From: Macrostomum hystrix
Lineage: Eukaryota; Animalia; Platyhelminthes
Length of the DNA: 64,000 bases
Reading direction: 5' to 3'
Assembly (NCBI GenBank): GCA_950097015.1
Contig: CATNEN010000001.1
Span: forward strand, 4,898,001-4,962,000
Positions 24,455 through 36,615 of this stretch are shown here, one piece after another. The notes beneath the pieces were generated by a model, which saw only the letters and a program-made list of their open reading frames with translations, was not told the origin of the DNA and did no database searches. The translations under genes and the position numbers were made by a program. Within the stretch, counting starts at the first letter, position 1. The number at the start of each line of letters is the position of its first letter.

Positions 24455-25240
24455 AGGCCAGGAAGACCAAGAAGACCAAGAAGACTAAGAAGACCAGGAA
24501 GACCAAGAAGACCAGGAAGACCAAGAAGGCCAGGAAGGCCAGGAAGACCAGGAAGACCAAGAAGACCAGGAAGGCCAAGAAGACCAGGAAGACCAAGAAG
24601 ACCAGGAAGACCAAGAAGACCAAGAAGACCAAGAAGGCCAGGAAGACCAAGAAGGCCAGGAAGACCAAGAAGAACAGGAAGGCCAGGAAGGCCAAGAAGA
24701 CCAAGAAGACCAAGAAGACCAGGAAGACCAAGAAGACCAAGAAGACCAAGAAGGCCAGGAAGGCCAAGAAGACCAAGAAGACCAAGAAGACCAGGAAGAC
24801 CAAGAAGACCAAGAAGACCAAGAAGGCCAGGAAGACCAAGAAGGCCAGGAAGACCAAGAAGAACAGGAAGGCCAGGAAGGCCAAGAAGACCAAGAAGACC
24901 AGGAAGGCCAGGAAGACCAAGAAGACCAGGAAGACCAAGAAGACCAGGAAGACCAAGAAGGCCAGGAAGACCAAGAAGAACAGGAAGGCCAGGAAGGCCA
25001 AGAAGACCAAGAAGACCAGGAAGGCCAGGAAGACCAAGAAGACCAGGAAGGCCAGGAAGACCAAGAAGACCAGGAAGACGAAGAAGGCCAGGAAGACCAA
25101 GAAGGCCAGGAAGGCCAGGAAGGCCAAGAAGACCAAGAAGACCAGGAAGGCCAGGAAGGCCAAGAAGACCAAGAAGACCAGGAAGGCCAGGAAGGCCAAG
25201 AAGACCAAGAAGACCAGGAAGGCCAGGAAGGCCAAGAAGA
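24455..25240. repeat. 9-bp variant minisatellite (GAAGACCAA / GAAGACCAG / GAAGGCCAG), ~87 units
   Basis: Direct tandem 9-mers, giving LPG/LLG, KKT/RKA, FLV/FLA and EDQ/EGQ reading frames. Confidence 0.95.
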
Positions 25241-26420
25241 AATTGATTAACCAGAAGAAGTCCATGCAAAACCGTCCATAGGAAGAATAACATTTTGCTG
25301 TAAGTGACACGTGATTAATATATACAAACCTAGGCACTTGTTACACAGTGTTTAAGAAGTGGGAGTCTAAGAAGTTAGGAACCAGGTAAAATCCTCTATC
25401 TAAAATCCTCTCTCGCTTGTATCTCTCTCCTATTTTCAGGTTTTCATAGTGCGCTAAAGCCAGACTCTTCAGTTGCAGTGATCTGTAAATTTAATAAACT
25501 CATAGATTGAGCTGCCAGCCAACTACCAACTCTATATTAGACAGACGATTTCAGTCAGTATAGGCAAGACAGTAGGCCAAATGGCGCCATTTTAATGGAT
25601 CGACAATTTCTATCCTATCTACAAGCTTGTACTAACGTGGACAAAGCCCCCAAAACATGGAGTCTCAAAACGAAATGATCAGACGTATATTTCTAACTGA
25701 AAAAATGTTTTTCTGAAACAGTTACGACTAAAAGGATCATTAAAAATGTATCATTTTTTCTGATAAGAATTTTATTTTATAGGCTTGGACAAACGCATTT
25801 GCTTAATTGCATCTCCAGTGACGGATGCTCTAAAGTCGAGTACATCCGTCCTAATTTAAAGTAGAAAAGCACAGATAATTTAAGTAATATTGAGTTTTCG
25901 TGTTCTCAAAGGCATCAATCAACTTTAGTTGGAGTTTTATCGATAGAATAATTGTACTTTTATCGACCAATCGCATCACGCCACTTTTCTAACCCTCTCT
26001 CCACCCTCCACAGCCACCGCTCCGGGATCGATAATGTACATGTCAACTATTTCAGTTCGACCCACTTCAATGAGCTCAATAAAAATCGATGACTGCACAA
26101 TTAAAGCTTGATATAAAGCTGCTGTAGTCCAATTTTCTGTCCGATGTCTTTAGCATTGGAGAATTGGGGGAATTGGAGAGCGTGTTGGGCATCCATCAAT
26201 ACTTGGAAATGCTGAACTTTTTGGGTCTAGTGAATCTATCGCAGTCCCCTATTGAGTCGAAGCTGACGGCTTGCAAGTCAACTCACAATTAAATTCAAGG
26301 TGCTCGGCTTCATCAAGTTCGTTGGAAATCAAAATCCTCTAGGCATATTGTTCAGGCCGTTAGTCCTTCAAGCTGGAATCGGACCGTGAGTGACTGGGGT
26401 ATCGGTGTTTCTAGACAACT

Positions 26421-27447
26421 GTTTGGTTCAAGGATCGACCAGCTACTGATTTCAGTCGGTTTGGTTCAAGGATCGACCAGCTACTGATTTCAGTCGGTTT
26501 GGGTCGAAGATCCACCAGCTACTGATTTCAGTCGGTTTGGTTCAAGGATCGACCAGCTACTGATTTCAGTCGGTTTGGGTCGAAGATCCACCAGCTACTG
26601 ATTTCAGTCGGTTTGGTTCAAGGATCGACCAGCTACTGATTTCAGTCGGTTTGGATCGAGGATCGACCAGCTACTGATTTCAGTCGGTTTGGTTCAAGGA
26701 TCGACCAGCTACTGATTTCAGTCGGTTTGGTTCAAGGATCGACCAGCTACTGATTTCAGTCGGTTTGGGTCGAAGATCCACCAGCTACTGATTTCAGTCG
26801 GTTTGGTTCAAGGATCGACCAGCTACTGATTTCAGTCGGTTTGGGTCGAAGATCCACCAGCTACTGATTTCAGTCGGTTTGGTTCAAGGATCGACCAGCT
26901 ACTGATTTCAGTCGGTTTGGATCGAGGATCGACCAGCTACTGATTTCAGTCGGTTTGGTTCGAGGATCGACCAGCTACTGATTTCAGTCGGTTTGGTTAA
27001 AGGATCGACCAGCTACTGATTTCAGTCGGTTTGGTTAAAGGATCGACCAGCTACTGATTTCAGTCGGTTTGGATCGAGGATCGACCAGCTACTGATTTCA
27101 GTCGGTTTGGTTCAAGTATCGACCAGCTACTGATTTCAGTCGGTTTGGTTAAAGGATCGACCAGCTACTGATTTCAGTCGGTTTGGTTAAAGGATCGACC
27201 AGCTACTGATTTCAGTCGGTTTGGGTCGAAGATCCACCAGCTACTGATTTCAGTCGGTTTGGTTAAAGGATCGACCAGCTACTGATTTCAGTCGGTTTGG
27301 TTCAAGGATCGACCAGCTACTGATTTCAGTCGGTTTGGTTAAAGGATCGACCAGCTACTGATTTCAGTCGGTTTGGATCGAGGATCGACCAGCTACTGAT
27401 TTCAGTCGGTTTGGATCGAGGATCGACCAGCTACTGATTTCAGTCGG
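26421..27447. repeat. 38-bp minisatellite, ~27 copies
   Basis: Constant CCAGCTACTGATTTCAGTCGGTTTGG plus a 12-bp segment with a few variants. Confidence 0.96.
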
Positions 27448-27669
27448 CTTTGTTCGATAAGTTGACATCCGCTTTCTGAGCTGAGATTTCATTTCCTGTT
27501 AAAATGTTTCAAAATGTAATTAAGGTAGACTGCCGCCTCAAATAGTCGGCGGGCGCATTGGTGACCAAAAAGGGAAGGCCTAGCTTAGATGGCCCGCCTC
27601 GTCCTTGCAGAAAAACAGATTTGTCTTAACAAATTACTTGTAAATTTGAAGATTTGTAAATTTTCTAGT

Positions 27670-29045
27670 TCAGCAATTCGGAGAACTCAACAGCCGGATC
27701 ACCACGCTGCCGTGATCGCCCTCCTCACTGCCGCCTCTTCGGTTCACACAGCCGCTGCCGCCGCAGTTGGAGCCGCCACTTCCAGCTGCTTGACCCTCGC
27801 CGAGGCCCGCGCCACCTCCGCTAAACCCGCCTCCGGCACCTGGGGAGCCGCGGCAGCCGCCACCGTCGCCACCTCCGCCCCCGCCGCCGCCGAATCCACC
27901 GTTGCCACCGTTGCTGTCGCCGCCTCTGCCGCCAAGCCAGCTGTCGTCAAGACTGCCGCCTCGCTCGCCATCATTTGGGCCGCGTCGCGGGTTGACGGCT
28001 TTGCCCAGCCAGCCAGCACCGCAGCCACCGTGGTTGTAAACAGAGCCTGTGTCACTCGGTACATTGAAACCTGCGAGACCATTTATTCCACCGAAGCCAG
28101 TGTAACCATACGTGTTACCAAGGGAGTCTCTCCCGTTTTTTCCGTCTTCTCCTGGAAAACCTAGATCGATAAGTAAGAATACGTATCTTTGAAGACAGTC
28201 CGGCATGTACAGGCCAATCGCATCAGTACCACACTCCACTCACCATTGCGGCTAAAAGAGCCACCACCGCCACCGCCGGCAGCCAGCAGCAGCTGCCTCT
28301 GCGCGGCATCAGCTCTCCACACGAAGCTGCCGCCACCGCCTCCTGGAGCTACGTTGTTCACTGAGACGTCACCGCCCGCCTGTCCGACGACGATGAAAAG
28401 TCGGGTGCCGGCAGTCAGACTGAAGTTTCCAGCAGCGGTGGCTCCGTTGCCGCCCACTGTGCCTTTGAATGAGTTGCTGCCGCCCCTGGCTCCGGCGGCC
28501 TCGATGCGGTAGCAGCCGGTGAGGCCGATCAGCTGCTGCTGCACGGACCCGTTGCTGCCCGAGCTCGAGTCTGAAACACGCAGTGAGCAGTCATGAGTAC
28601 ACCTGCTTACTTGAGCACACCACAAAATGACAATGAGCTCACTTTTGAAGAGTACATTCATTGAATAGCCCCTCTTCCTCAGCAGCTCGTCGAGGTTGTC
28701 CACAGTCCACACCGAGTCGCCGATCTCAGAGCTCAGCACTCTAGTCACGTGACTCTCCGTCGGTCCCAGAGACTTGGACGCTTCGTTGATGACGACGAGC
28801 TGGCAGATGCGTCCGCTCTCTCGAGCGACAGCCACAGCGCAGCCTCTCATTCGACACCTGAGCAGACACTCGGGCACCGATGCCACATTGATCTCGTTGA
28901 TGACGTCACTGCTGACTGTCGTATCGAGCGAGACTGTTTGAAGTGAGCGAACAAGCTTTGCTGGTCCACAGCTGTCAGCTGCAGATGCTTGACCAATATA
29001 TAGAAAGGCAGTGAGACAGTTTACCAAAACAAATTTGGTGTACAT
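27670..29045 (-). CDS. Secreted PAN/apple-like + ALK/LTK-type glycine-rich-domain protein (copy 2, ~406 aa, 3 exons)
   Basis: Exons 29045-28643, 28570-28244 and 28160-27670. Signal peptide MYTKFVLVNCLTAFLYIGQASA. PAN-like SVPECLLRCRMRGC...CQL. GRD motifs GCYRIEAAGARGG, LFIVVGQAGG, GGGGGSFV, LLAAGGGGG, GGFGGGGGG and GAGGGFSGG. No TM or kinase segment. Confidence 0.85.
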
Positions 29046-30012
29046 GTCGAACTGCAAATTGCTGTCTGAAGTTTCCAGCTGCGGTGGCTCCGTTGCCACC
29101 CAGTGTGCCTTTGAATGACTTGCTGCTGAGTTGCTCTAGCGCCTGTCAGTTTGCTGCTTTCAAGCCTATAGTTTTGTTGCTGAATAATTTTAGTGCTTAT
29201 AAAGACCTTGAATGAAGCTCCGTTTCTGCCACTGCTTTTTCAATGCAATGTGCAGACCAACTGTCCACTGTTACTCAGTTTTAGCTGAGCCATCAAAAAT
29301 ATTTATTCTGCTTATTTCATATTCAACGTAGGCGTTAGCTTAAGCATCGCAATAATGGAAATGTAGATTTTTTTCAGCAATAGCTTCCAGTACGCGATAT
29401 TTCGTTTTTCCCCTATGCCTTTTTAAGTGGTAAAAGCCCATTTTCAGTTGTGAAGTGATGAGACAGACGTGGATGAGCAAGATGTGTGGGGGTGCTCCGC
29501 CATAAGACTGCTCCATCGACTAGGGAGAGCCGAACTATCAAGTATATTAAAGTCTTGATAGTTGTGTAAACCTGGCTCCTTGGGATCAACAGCCTTTTTG
29601 GAAGAGGTCTACATCAGGAGCATCAGGTCAGCCAAAATACAGACAGCAATGCGGTCCTCTTCGTAGTTAGGCAGATGATTATAAAATATCCAGAAGAGAA
29701 GCGTATCATACTGGGCCTCCATAACAAACCGGCTAGATTCCATAATTGATGTTCTGTTCTCTATTGAACAGGGAACTCGAGCGTGCTATGTCACTACAAC
29801 TATTTTTAAACAATATTAGTCTACCGAAAAATATGTCAAAGAAATCTGAATTTGTAATAGGCATGGCTCCGTCCGTTCGAAATTAAAAATGTAAATTTTA
29901 TAGAAAATTCCGAAATTTCACGTTTCAAACTGTAGAAGACAAAATCAAACCACTTAATGACCAAAAACTATAGGGAATCCACGAAGCCATAGCAAAGTAT
30001 ATTGCAGAGAAG

Positions 30013-30358
30013 GGGTCGGTGGCAGAGCGGTTAACGCGTTTGGCACTCGCACCAAGGTCCCTAAGTTCGATTACGCGGCGAGGCCACATTCATTTGGGAC
30101 GCAGCCGCGGATAGAAGGCTTGGGGGCTTGCCGTGCAATTTACGCCCCTGAGGCCAACCTCCAAGGCACAGTGAGAGTGTACACTGCCTGACGATGAGAA
30201 AGTCAGGGCAGATGTACACACATGTGTGAGCGTGTGCCTGCGTACGGTATCTGTTTGCGTGTGTGCTCAGGAGTCAGCGAAATGGGCAGAATTGCCTCCT
30301 CGCTGGCTATGGGTCCAGTGTCCCTAAATGATGTACTATTGCCCACAGCCCTCCTGCA

Positions 30359-30395
<37 letters not shown>
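30013..30395 (+). mobile_element. tRNA-derived SINE family B, full-length with (ATT)n tail
   Basis: A-box GGTGGCAGAGCGG, B-box GTTCGATT, a body shared with at least four other copies in the window, and an (ATT)~12 tail. Further fragments lie at ~30730-30860, ~35320-35370 and ~50080-50195. Confidence 0.9.
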
Positions 30396-30398
<3 letters not shown>

Positions 30399-30959
30399 GA
30401 CAGAGATGCAAATTTATAAAAAACAAATGCCCCTAACAATTGTGAAAGCATGTTGTCTTTGCAATTTATCTCACTGTCCTTAAATTATTTGTTCTTTCTT
30501 GTCCTTCCGAAACATAGTTTTTTATATTCCTTGTTTCTTTAATCCATTCGCTTAAAATACTCGTGTTATGTTCACAACAGTTTAAGTATTAGTTTGCAAT
30601 TTCCAAAGTATAACTATTTTTCGAAAATAAAGTCTTCGTTTTTAAAAAACATCAGCGACGATAAAAATGGCGTGCGATTCACGCAAACAACTGTACAACG
30701 TCTGAGAAATAGGTTCGTGGCGGATGTACATGTACACCCGTGTGTGAGTGTACACCCGCGCACAATTTGTGAACGGAATTCGCCAGAACTGTCTCCTGGC
30801 TGGCTGCTGGTCTACTGTCTCTAGACACACTGCCGTGAAGCAAACATTGTTATTATTATTGTTAACAGCTATTGCCAGTTTGTCAAGTAGAATGTCTGTT
30901 ACAGTTAGGCGTTCAGTTACAATTCAATGTGACCATCAGCAAAAATCAGCTGATGCACG

Positions 30960-32418
30960 CAGTAGCTCCAGCTTAACTCTTCCATGCTCATTGTGGGCGT
31001 CGGCGCCGCTGCCACCTATCCAGCCGTCGTCCAGACTGCCGCCTCGCTCTCCGTCGTTGGAGCTACGTCTGGGGTTGACGGACTTGTCCAGCCAGCCAGC
31101 ACCGCAGCCGTCGTGTTTTGATGACGAAACAGTTTTCATTGGTTCATTCGAAGCCAGGTTGTCCATTAGCACAGCCAGTGCTTGCCAGGCTCTGAACAGT
31201 GCCGAGGGAATTGCCGACTAAAGCTGTCCGTGGGAAACGTCAAGGCACGTTTATTTATTGTGGCGCCGTTTAAACTATGTTTAACTATGTTAACTATGTT
31301 CTATGTAACTAAACAATGTTCATGATTGTTAACCATATCTGCGGTACTGTACGTGTTTGCTAAACGAATGTACTTATAGTTTGTAATGTCCACGTGCGGC
31401 ACGTTACTCTGGTTTGTTGCTCTATATGTACATCATGTTGTGGGTGGCACGTGGCCGCCAGGCATGTCCAATTATAATAATATAAAGGGCAGAGTGAGTT
31501 TTTCGGCTGAGCTATCTACTAAAACAAGAGTTTACTTCGGTACAAACGGCACGACATTTATTATATAATATTATAATTGCTTATCTCTTCATTTAAGAAG
31601 GAACTGCAGATTCCAAAAAATGAAACCATCTAAATTTGAACCGTCCGAATTGATAGTGCAGCAGCCAGCAGCAGCCTCTGCGCGCCGTCAGCACTCCACA
31701 CGAAGCTGCCGCCTCCGCCTCCTGGAGCTGCGTTCTCCACGGAGATGCTGCCTCCAGCCTGTCCGACGACGATGAACAGTCGGGTGCCGGCAGTCAGACT
31801 GAAGTTTCCAGCAGCGGTGGCTCCGTTGCCGCCCACTGTGCCCTTGAATGAGTTGCTGCCGCCCCTGGCTCCGGCGGCCTCGATGCGGTAGCAGCCGGTG
31901 AGGCCGATCAGCTGCTGCTGCACGGACCCGTTGCTGCCCGAGCTCGAGTCTGAAACACGCAGTGAGCAGTCATGAGTACACCTGCTTACTTGAGCACACC
32001 ACAAAATGACAATGAGCTCACTTTTGAAGAGTACATTCATTGAGTAGCTCCTCTTCCTCAGCAGCTCGTCGAGGTTGTCCACAGTCCACACCGAGTCGCC
32101 GATCTCAGAGCCAATCACTCTAGTCACGTGACTCTCCGTCGGTCCCGGAGACCTGGACGTGTCGTTGATGACGACGAGCTGGCACATGCGTCCGCTCTAT
32201 CGAGCGACAGCCACAGCGCAGCCTCTCATTCGACACCTGAGCAGACACTCGGGCACCGATGCCACATTGGTCTCGTTGATGACGTCACTGCTGACTGTCG
32301 GATCGAGCAAGACTGCCTGCGTTGCTGTGAGAAATCTTACTGCCCTACAGCTCTCCGCTGCATGCAGCTGAGCCATCGCTAAGAGGACAGCCAGGAAGCT
32401 TATGAAGTTGAGTTTCAT
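30960..32418 (-). pseudogene. PAN + glycine-rich-domain family copy 3, pseudogene
   Basis: Signal peptide MKLNFISFLAVLLAMAQLHA. GAG>TAG nonsense codon at 32199-32197. Exon 2 is truncated after LLLAA (~31660). The exon 3 remnant (~31220-30960) is frameshifted and truncated. Confidence 0.85.
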
Positions 32419-33490
32419 GTGTCGTCTTGAAATGTTTCTACAATGTTTTTTGATGAAAACTATGCAAGTTTTTTACAATGCTTGGGACAGGTTTTAGCTT
32501 TTTTTCAAGACTGATATCCTTGATTTTGGCTGCACCTGTCACACGCGTCAATCACGAACTGTTTGAATGCATTGGCAAATTGAAATCGGATTATATTTTC
32601 TTGAGGGAGTGTTTGTCCTGTCAACAGGGAGTTGATGGCTTGAGTTTTGAGTTGATGCCAGCATGGATTGTTGTCTGCAGTAGCATTCTACGATTTTAGT
32701 AAGTTCGGATTGACGTGTTGCTTTTGGTGGTGCTAATAAATTATGCGTTGGTGAGTGGCAGAGAGCTGTTAACGCTTTCACGTCTCACACTAAAGTCCCT
32801 GCTATTGCTATTTGAATAGCTTATTGTCTTTAGGAGTGACATATTGCTATGAGCTAGGAATTGGAGTGATTTCTAGGAACGCGCATCCTATACTAGAAGC
32901 GAAATTTACTCCTAACCTCCTAACTCTTTGTGAAGAGTTGAAGTCCTGAATTTGACTCTTAAAAATTAGTTTTTTTTTAAAAGAGTCTTGACTTCTTTTT
33001 TAACATTTCGATCTTGATACATTTTGTACCAAACCCGCAATGTGCCAAACCATTCGAAATCCGCAACCAAAAATACGAGTACGAGCGCATATCGAATTCG
33101 TCAGAGCAGCTACCTGCATCCACTTTAACGCTGCTCTCGCGTCTTTCTTTTCAAAGTGAAAAGTCTTTATTGTGCGGCCTAACTTACACTAGCTCATTAG
33201 AACACGTTACTTACTACTACAAGTATTAGTATTGCCTTAGGAGTACTCCGTAGTAGTAACGCCTGGTTCAGTGATTACTCTAAGTTCACTTGGTACTGTA
33301 GGCCGGGGGCCCCGACCTGACCGCAGTCCCTACAAGTGCATACTCTCAAAGCTGTTATTTACAGAATCAAGGCGATCAAATTTATTCATCTGGGAACAAA
33401 AAAATTTATCGTTTAGTGAAACTCAAGAAATGTCCATTTTTATTGAAATATCTCATCAAAAAACACTCGTGTACGAACTTTTTTATATAA

Positions 33491-34989
33491 TTAAAAGCAT
33501 GAGGACCAGGTGCTCAGCAGCATCAATGTGACACTGCCCTGCTTGCTCCAAACATTTCCTCCGGTGATGGAGACGCAGTCACTGCCATCGATGCAGACGG
33601 AGCCGCCGCCACCAGCTGAGTGTCCGTCGCCGAGGCCCGCACCACCGCCGCTGAAGCCACCGCCGGCACCAGGTGCACCTCGCCTGCCATCGCTATTGTC
33701 TCCGCCTCCACCGCCTCCACCGAAACCGCCGTCTCCGCCGCCGTCGTCTCCACCGGAGCCGCCAAGCCAGTTGTCGTCCAGACTGCCGCCTCGCTCGCCA
33801 TCGCTGGAGCTCCGTCTGGAGTTGACGGCTTTGCCCAGCCAGCCAGCTCCGCAGCCTCCGTGGGTAAAATATGGCCAAGTTTCGCTGGGAACATTGAAGC
33901 CCGGCTGCCCGACAATGCCTCCAAAGCCTATTAAATCGCTGCTAGCACCAACTGAGTTTGATCCATCACTTCCGCTTTCTCCAGGCAAACCTGCAAATTG
34001 CAATGGAACAAAGATCACCGCGGTAAAAAGATCATGACAATGAACTCTAGAAAATAATTAAAATCTGAGAAAAATAAAATCTTTAAACTAGATAAACAGT
34101 TTTTTAAGCGAATATCAACTCCGTTTGCTACAGAAGCACGGACTTTGGCACAGGTGTTGTTAAAAGTGTCCGAATCAACGAGTTGAATCCCACCGTCTCG
34201 AGTGCTCGCGCTTCCACCGCCCCCGCCGGCAGCCAGCAGCAGCTGCATATTCGCGCCGTCAGCTATCCACACGAAGCTGCCGCCTCCGCCTCCTGGAGCT
34301 GCGTTCTCCACGGAGACGCTGCCTCCAGCCTGTCCGACGACGATGAAAAGTCGGGTGCCGGCAGTCAGACTGAAGTTTCCAGCAGCGGTGGCTCCGTTGC
34401 CGCCCACTGTGCCTTTGAATGAGTTGCTGCCGCCCCTGGCTCCGGCGGCCTCGATGCGGTAGCAGCCGGTGAGGCCGATCAGCTGCTGCTGCACGGACCC
34501 GTTGCTGCCCGAGCTCGAGTCTGAAACACGCAGTGAGCAGTCATGAGTACACCTGCTTACTTGAGCACACCACAAAATGACAATGAGCTCACTTTTGAAG
34601 AGTACATTAATTGAGTAGCTCCTCTTCCTCAGCAGCTCGTCGAGGTTGTCCACAGTCCACACCGAGTCGCCGATCTCAGAGCCAATCACTCTAGTCACGT
34701 GACTCTCCGTCGGTCCCGGAGACTTGGACGCTTCGTTGATGACGACGAGCTGGCAGATGCGTCCGCTCTCTCGAGCGACAGCCACAGCGCAGCCTCTCAT
34801 TCGACACCTGAGCAGACAGTCGGGCACCGATGCCACATTGGTCTCGTTGATGACGTCACTGCTGACTGTCAGATTCAGCGAGATGACCCGGGAGCGGATC
34901 AATCTCATTGATATACAGCTGCTCTCGGTAGGTTGCAATGAGGCCATCAAGGCAGCCATTGCGAATAAGCTGAATGCAAGAAAGAGCAT
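33491..34989 (-). CDS. Secreted PAN/apple-like + ALK/LTK-type glycine-rich-domain protein (copy 4, ~407 aa, 3 exons)
   Basis: Exons 34989-34593, 34520-34194 and 33990-33491. Signal peptide MLFLAFSLFAMAALMASLQP. Same PAN and GRD motifs as copy 2. The second donor is the weaker GTGGGA. Confidence 0.85.
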
Positions 34990-36174
34990 GATTGAGTATA
35001 GCTTAGAATTGTAGAGTTCTAGCGAGACGAGTTTTAAATGAGTTTTTTTCTGGTACTTTGATCGTAACTGATTTGGTACACTCGACCTTTTTATAATGGA
35101 GTACAAACTGCGATTTAGTTTTAAGTACAGCTGTAAACTGGTAGACAGAAACGTTAATTTAAATGATTAAAGTGGAATTGTTTTTTTTCAATGCAGGGGT
35201 ATTGTTCCTGATAATTGAATGAGCGCAGACGAGAGGGGACCCAAAGCCAGCTATGAGCTCACCAATGAGGCACTAAAGCACGACAGGCTAGTGCTTTAGT
35301 GCCTTAACACCCATAGATGCTATGGATTCGAGCTCAGGGACCATTGTGCGAAAGTTGGACACCTTAGCTAGCTCTACGCTAGTCAACTCCCTAGCTATTG
35401 CGTAAAGTAGGCATAAACTCGATCCCCAAAGTCATTGAGTCGAATACCAGAAGACGTAGAAGTATGCCCTTATTTATCAAGCGGCATCATTGCGACATCA
35501 TTCCAATAGTGTTAATATTCTTGACACGGTTGCGTAAATATAGGACGCTTGATAAGTGCGAGAATACAGTTCGGAACAGTCTCAATGACCACAAGGACGG
35601 GAAATTATACGTTTCTTAGAAAAAAACAAAGACGACTGATTTTCACGAAAAATACACTACCGGGATAGGAAATGTCACATTTTTCTGATTTAAAAGGTGA
35701 CATCTTTTGATCGGAAGCAGATACAAAGCTGTTTTTTCAAATAACTTGCCTAACTTGTTGCTCTACCGATCAATGTTATAAAGTTTTGTACATGACAATT
35801 TGATCTTCTTAAGGTAAAATTCTTTACTTTTACAGATCCAATTCACTGACAATGGTTTTGCCGTTATGTTTTTAGCGATTTATTCTTAATGAGTCTAACT
35901 TTAGACTTTTCAGCTGTTGTTTTTTACTAGCATAATGCAATTAATAGCGACTGGGGCGCCGACCATGGCGCCGACCGGGGTGCCGACTGGAGCCGCGACC
36001 GGGGCGCCAAACAGGGCGCCGGCTGGGGCGCCGACTGGACTGGCTACCTTGCAGGACTTCAGGCGATTGAAGTGCACGACCCGTGTAGTGTCGGCATGTT
36101 TATTTTATAATGCGTATATTTCTACTTGAAGTAACATATTCGCGCACTCAATATTAATGAATTATTATAATGTA

Positions 36175-36615
36175 TGTTATAGGGTTGTTTTTTGTACATG
36201 CGCGCCCAGCCAGGCCTACGCACGCGATCGGCCGGTCACCCTGCTCTACAGCCAAGGCATCGGACTAACCCCGGTCTGATGGGCCCAGCCAATCGGAGGA
36301 CGGCTAGCCAATTTGATGCGACCCGACTTAAGCGCGATACCCCGGGCCGGGCCAATCGGCAGCCGGTTCGTTAACCGGCAGGGTCGACCTGGCAGAGGAA
36401 CAAGCGGCGCGGCCGGCACCCAGGCTTTGATGAGGGTTGGGGCGGGCGCTTGACTATATAACTGACTATTGCGTTCTCATTTTGCTTCTATCGTCGTGTG
36501 TCTTTTCGTGTGTATTTTCGTGTGTCTTTCGTTGCAATCGTTGTTACGCATCCTAGTAATAGATACCGGGACAGGTAAACCGGTCCAACTAGCTAGTCGA
36601 AGAAAACCCCACACT
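36175..36615 (+). promoter_or_regulatory. Pol II promoter-like module, possibly a retrotransposon LTR
   Basis: Three CCAAT boxes (~36289, ~36308, ~36352), a GC box GGGGCGGGCG (~36439) and TATATAA (~36456). A Gypsy integrase remnant lies nearby. No paired LTR or PBS could be confirmed. Confidence 0.4.

Noticed and set aside
24421-25281. Protamine/histone-H1-like K/R/T ORF and the opposite FLV/FLA ORF
   Set aside because: The K/R/T ORF has no ATG at its listed start (TTG), and both are explained by the 9-bp satellite.
26421-27447. CRISPR-like look (palindromic constant part plus variable part)
   Set aside because: The variable segments are only 12 bp, related to each other and recurrent. There are no cas genes and the context is eukaryotic.
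30013-30085. tRNA gene
   Set aside because: A and B boxes are present, but I see no convincing cloverleaf. The sequence continues into a multicopy body with an (ATT)n tail, so it is a SINE head.
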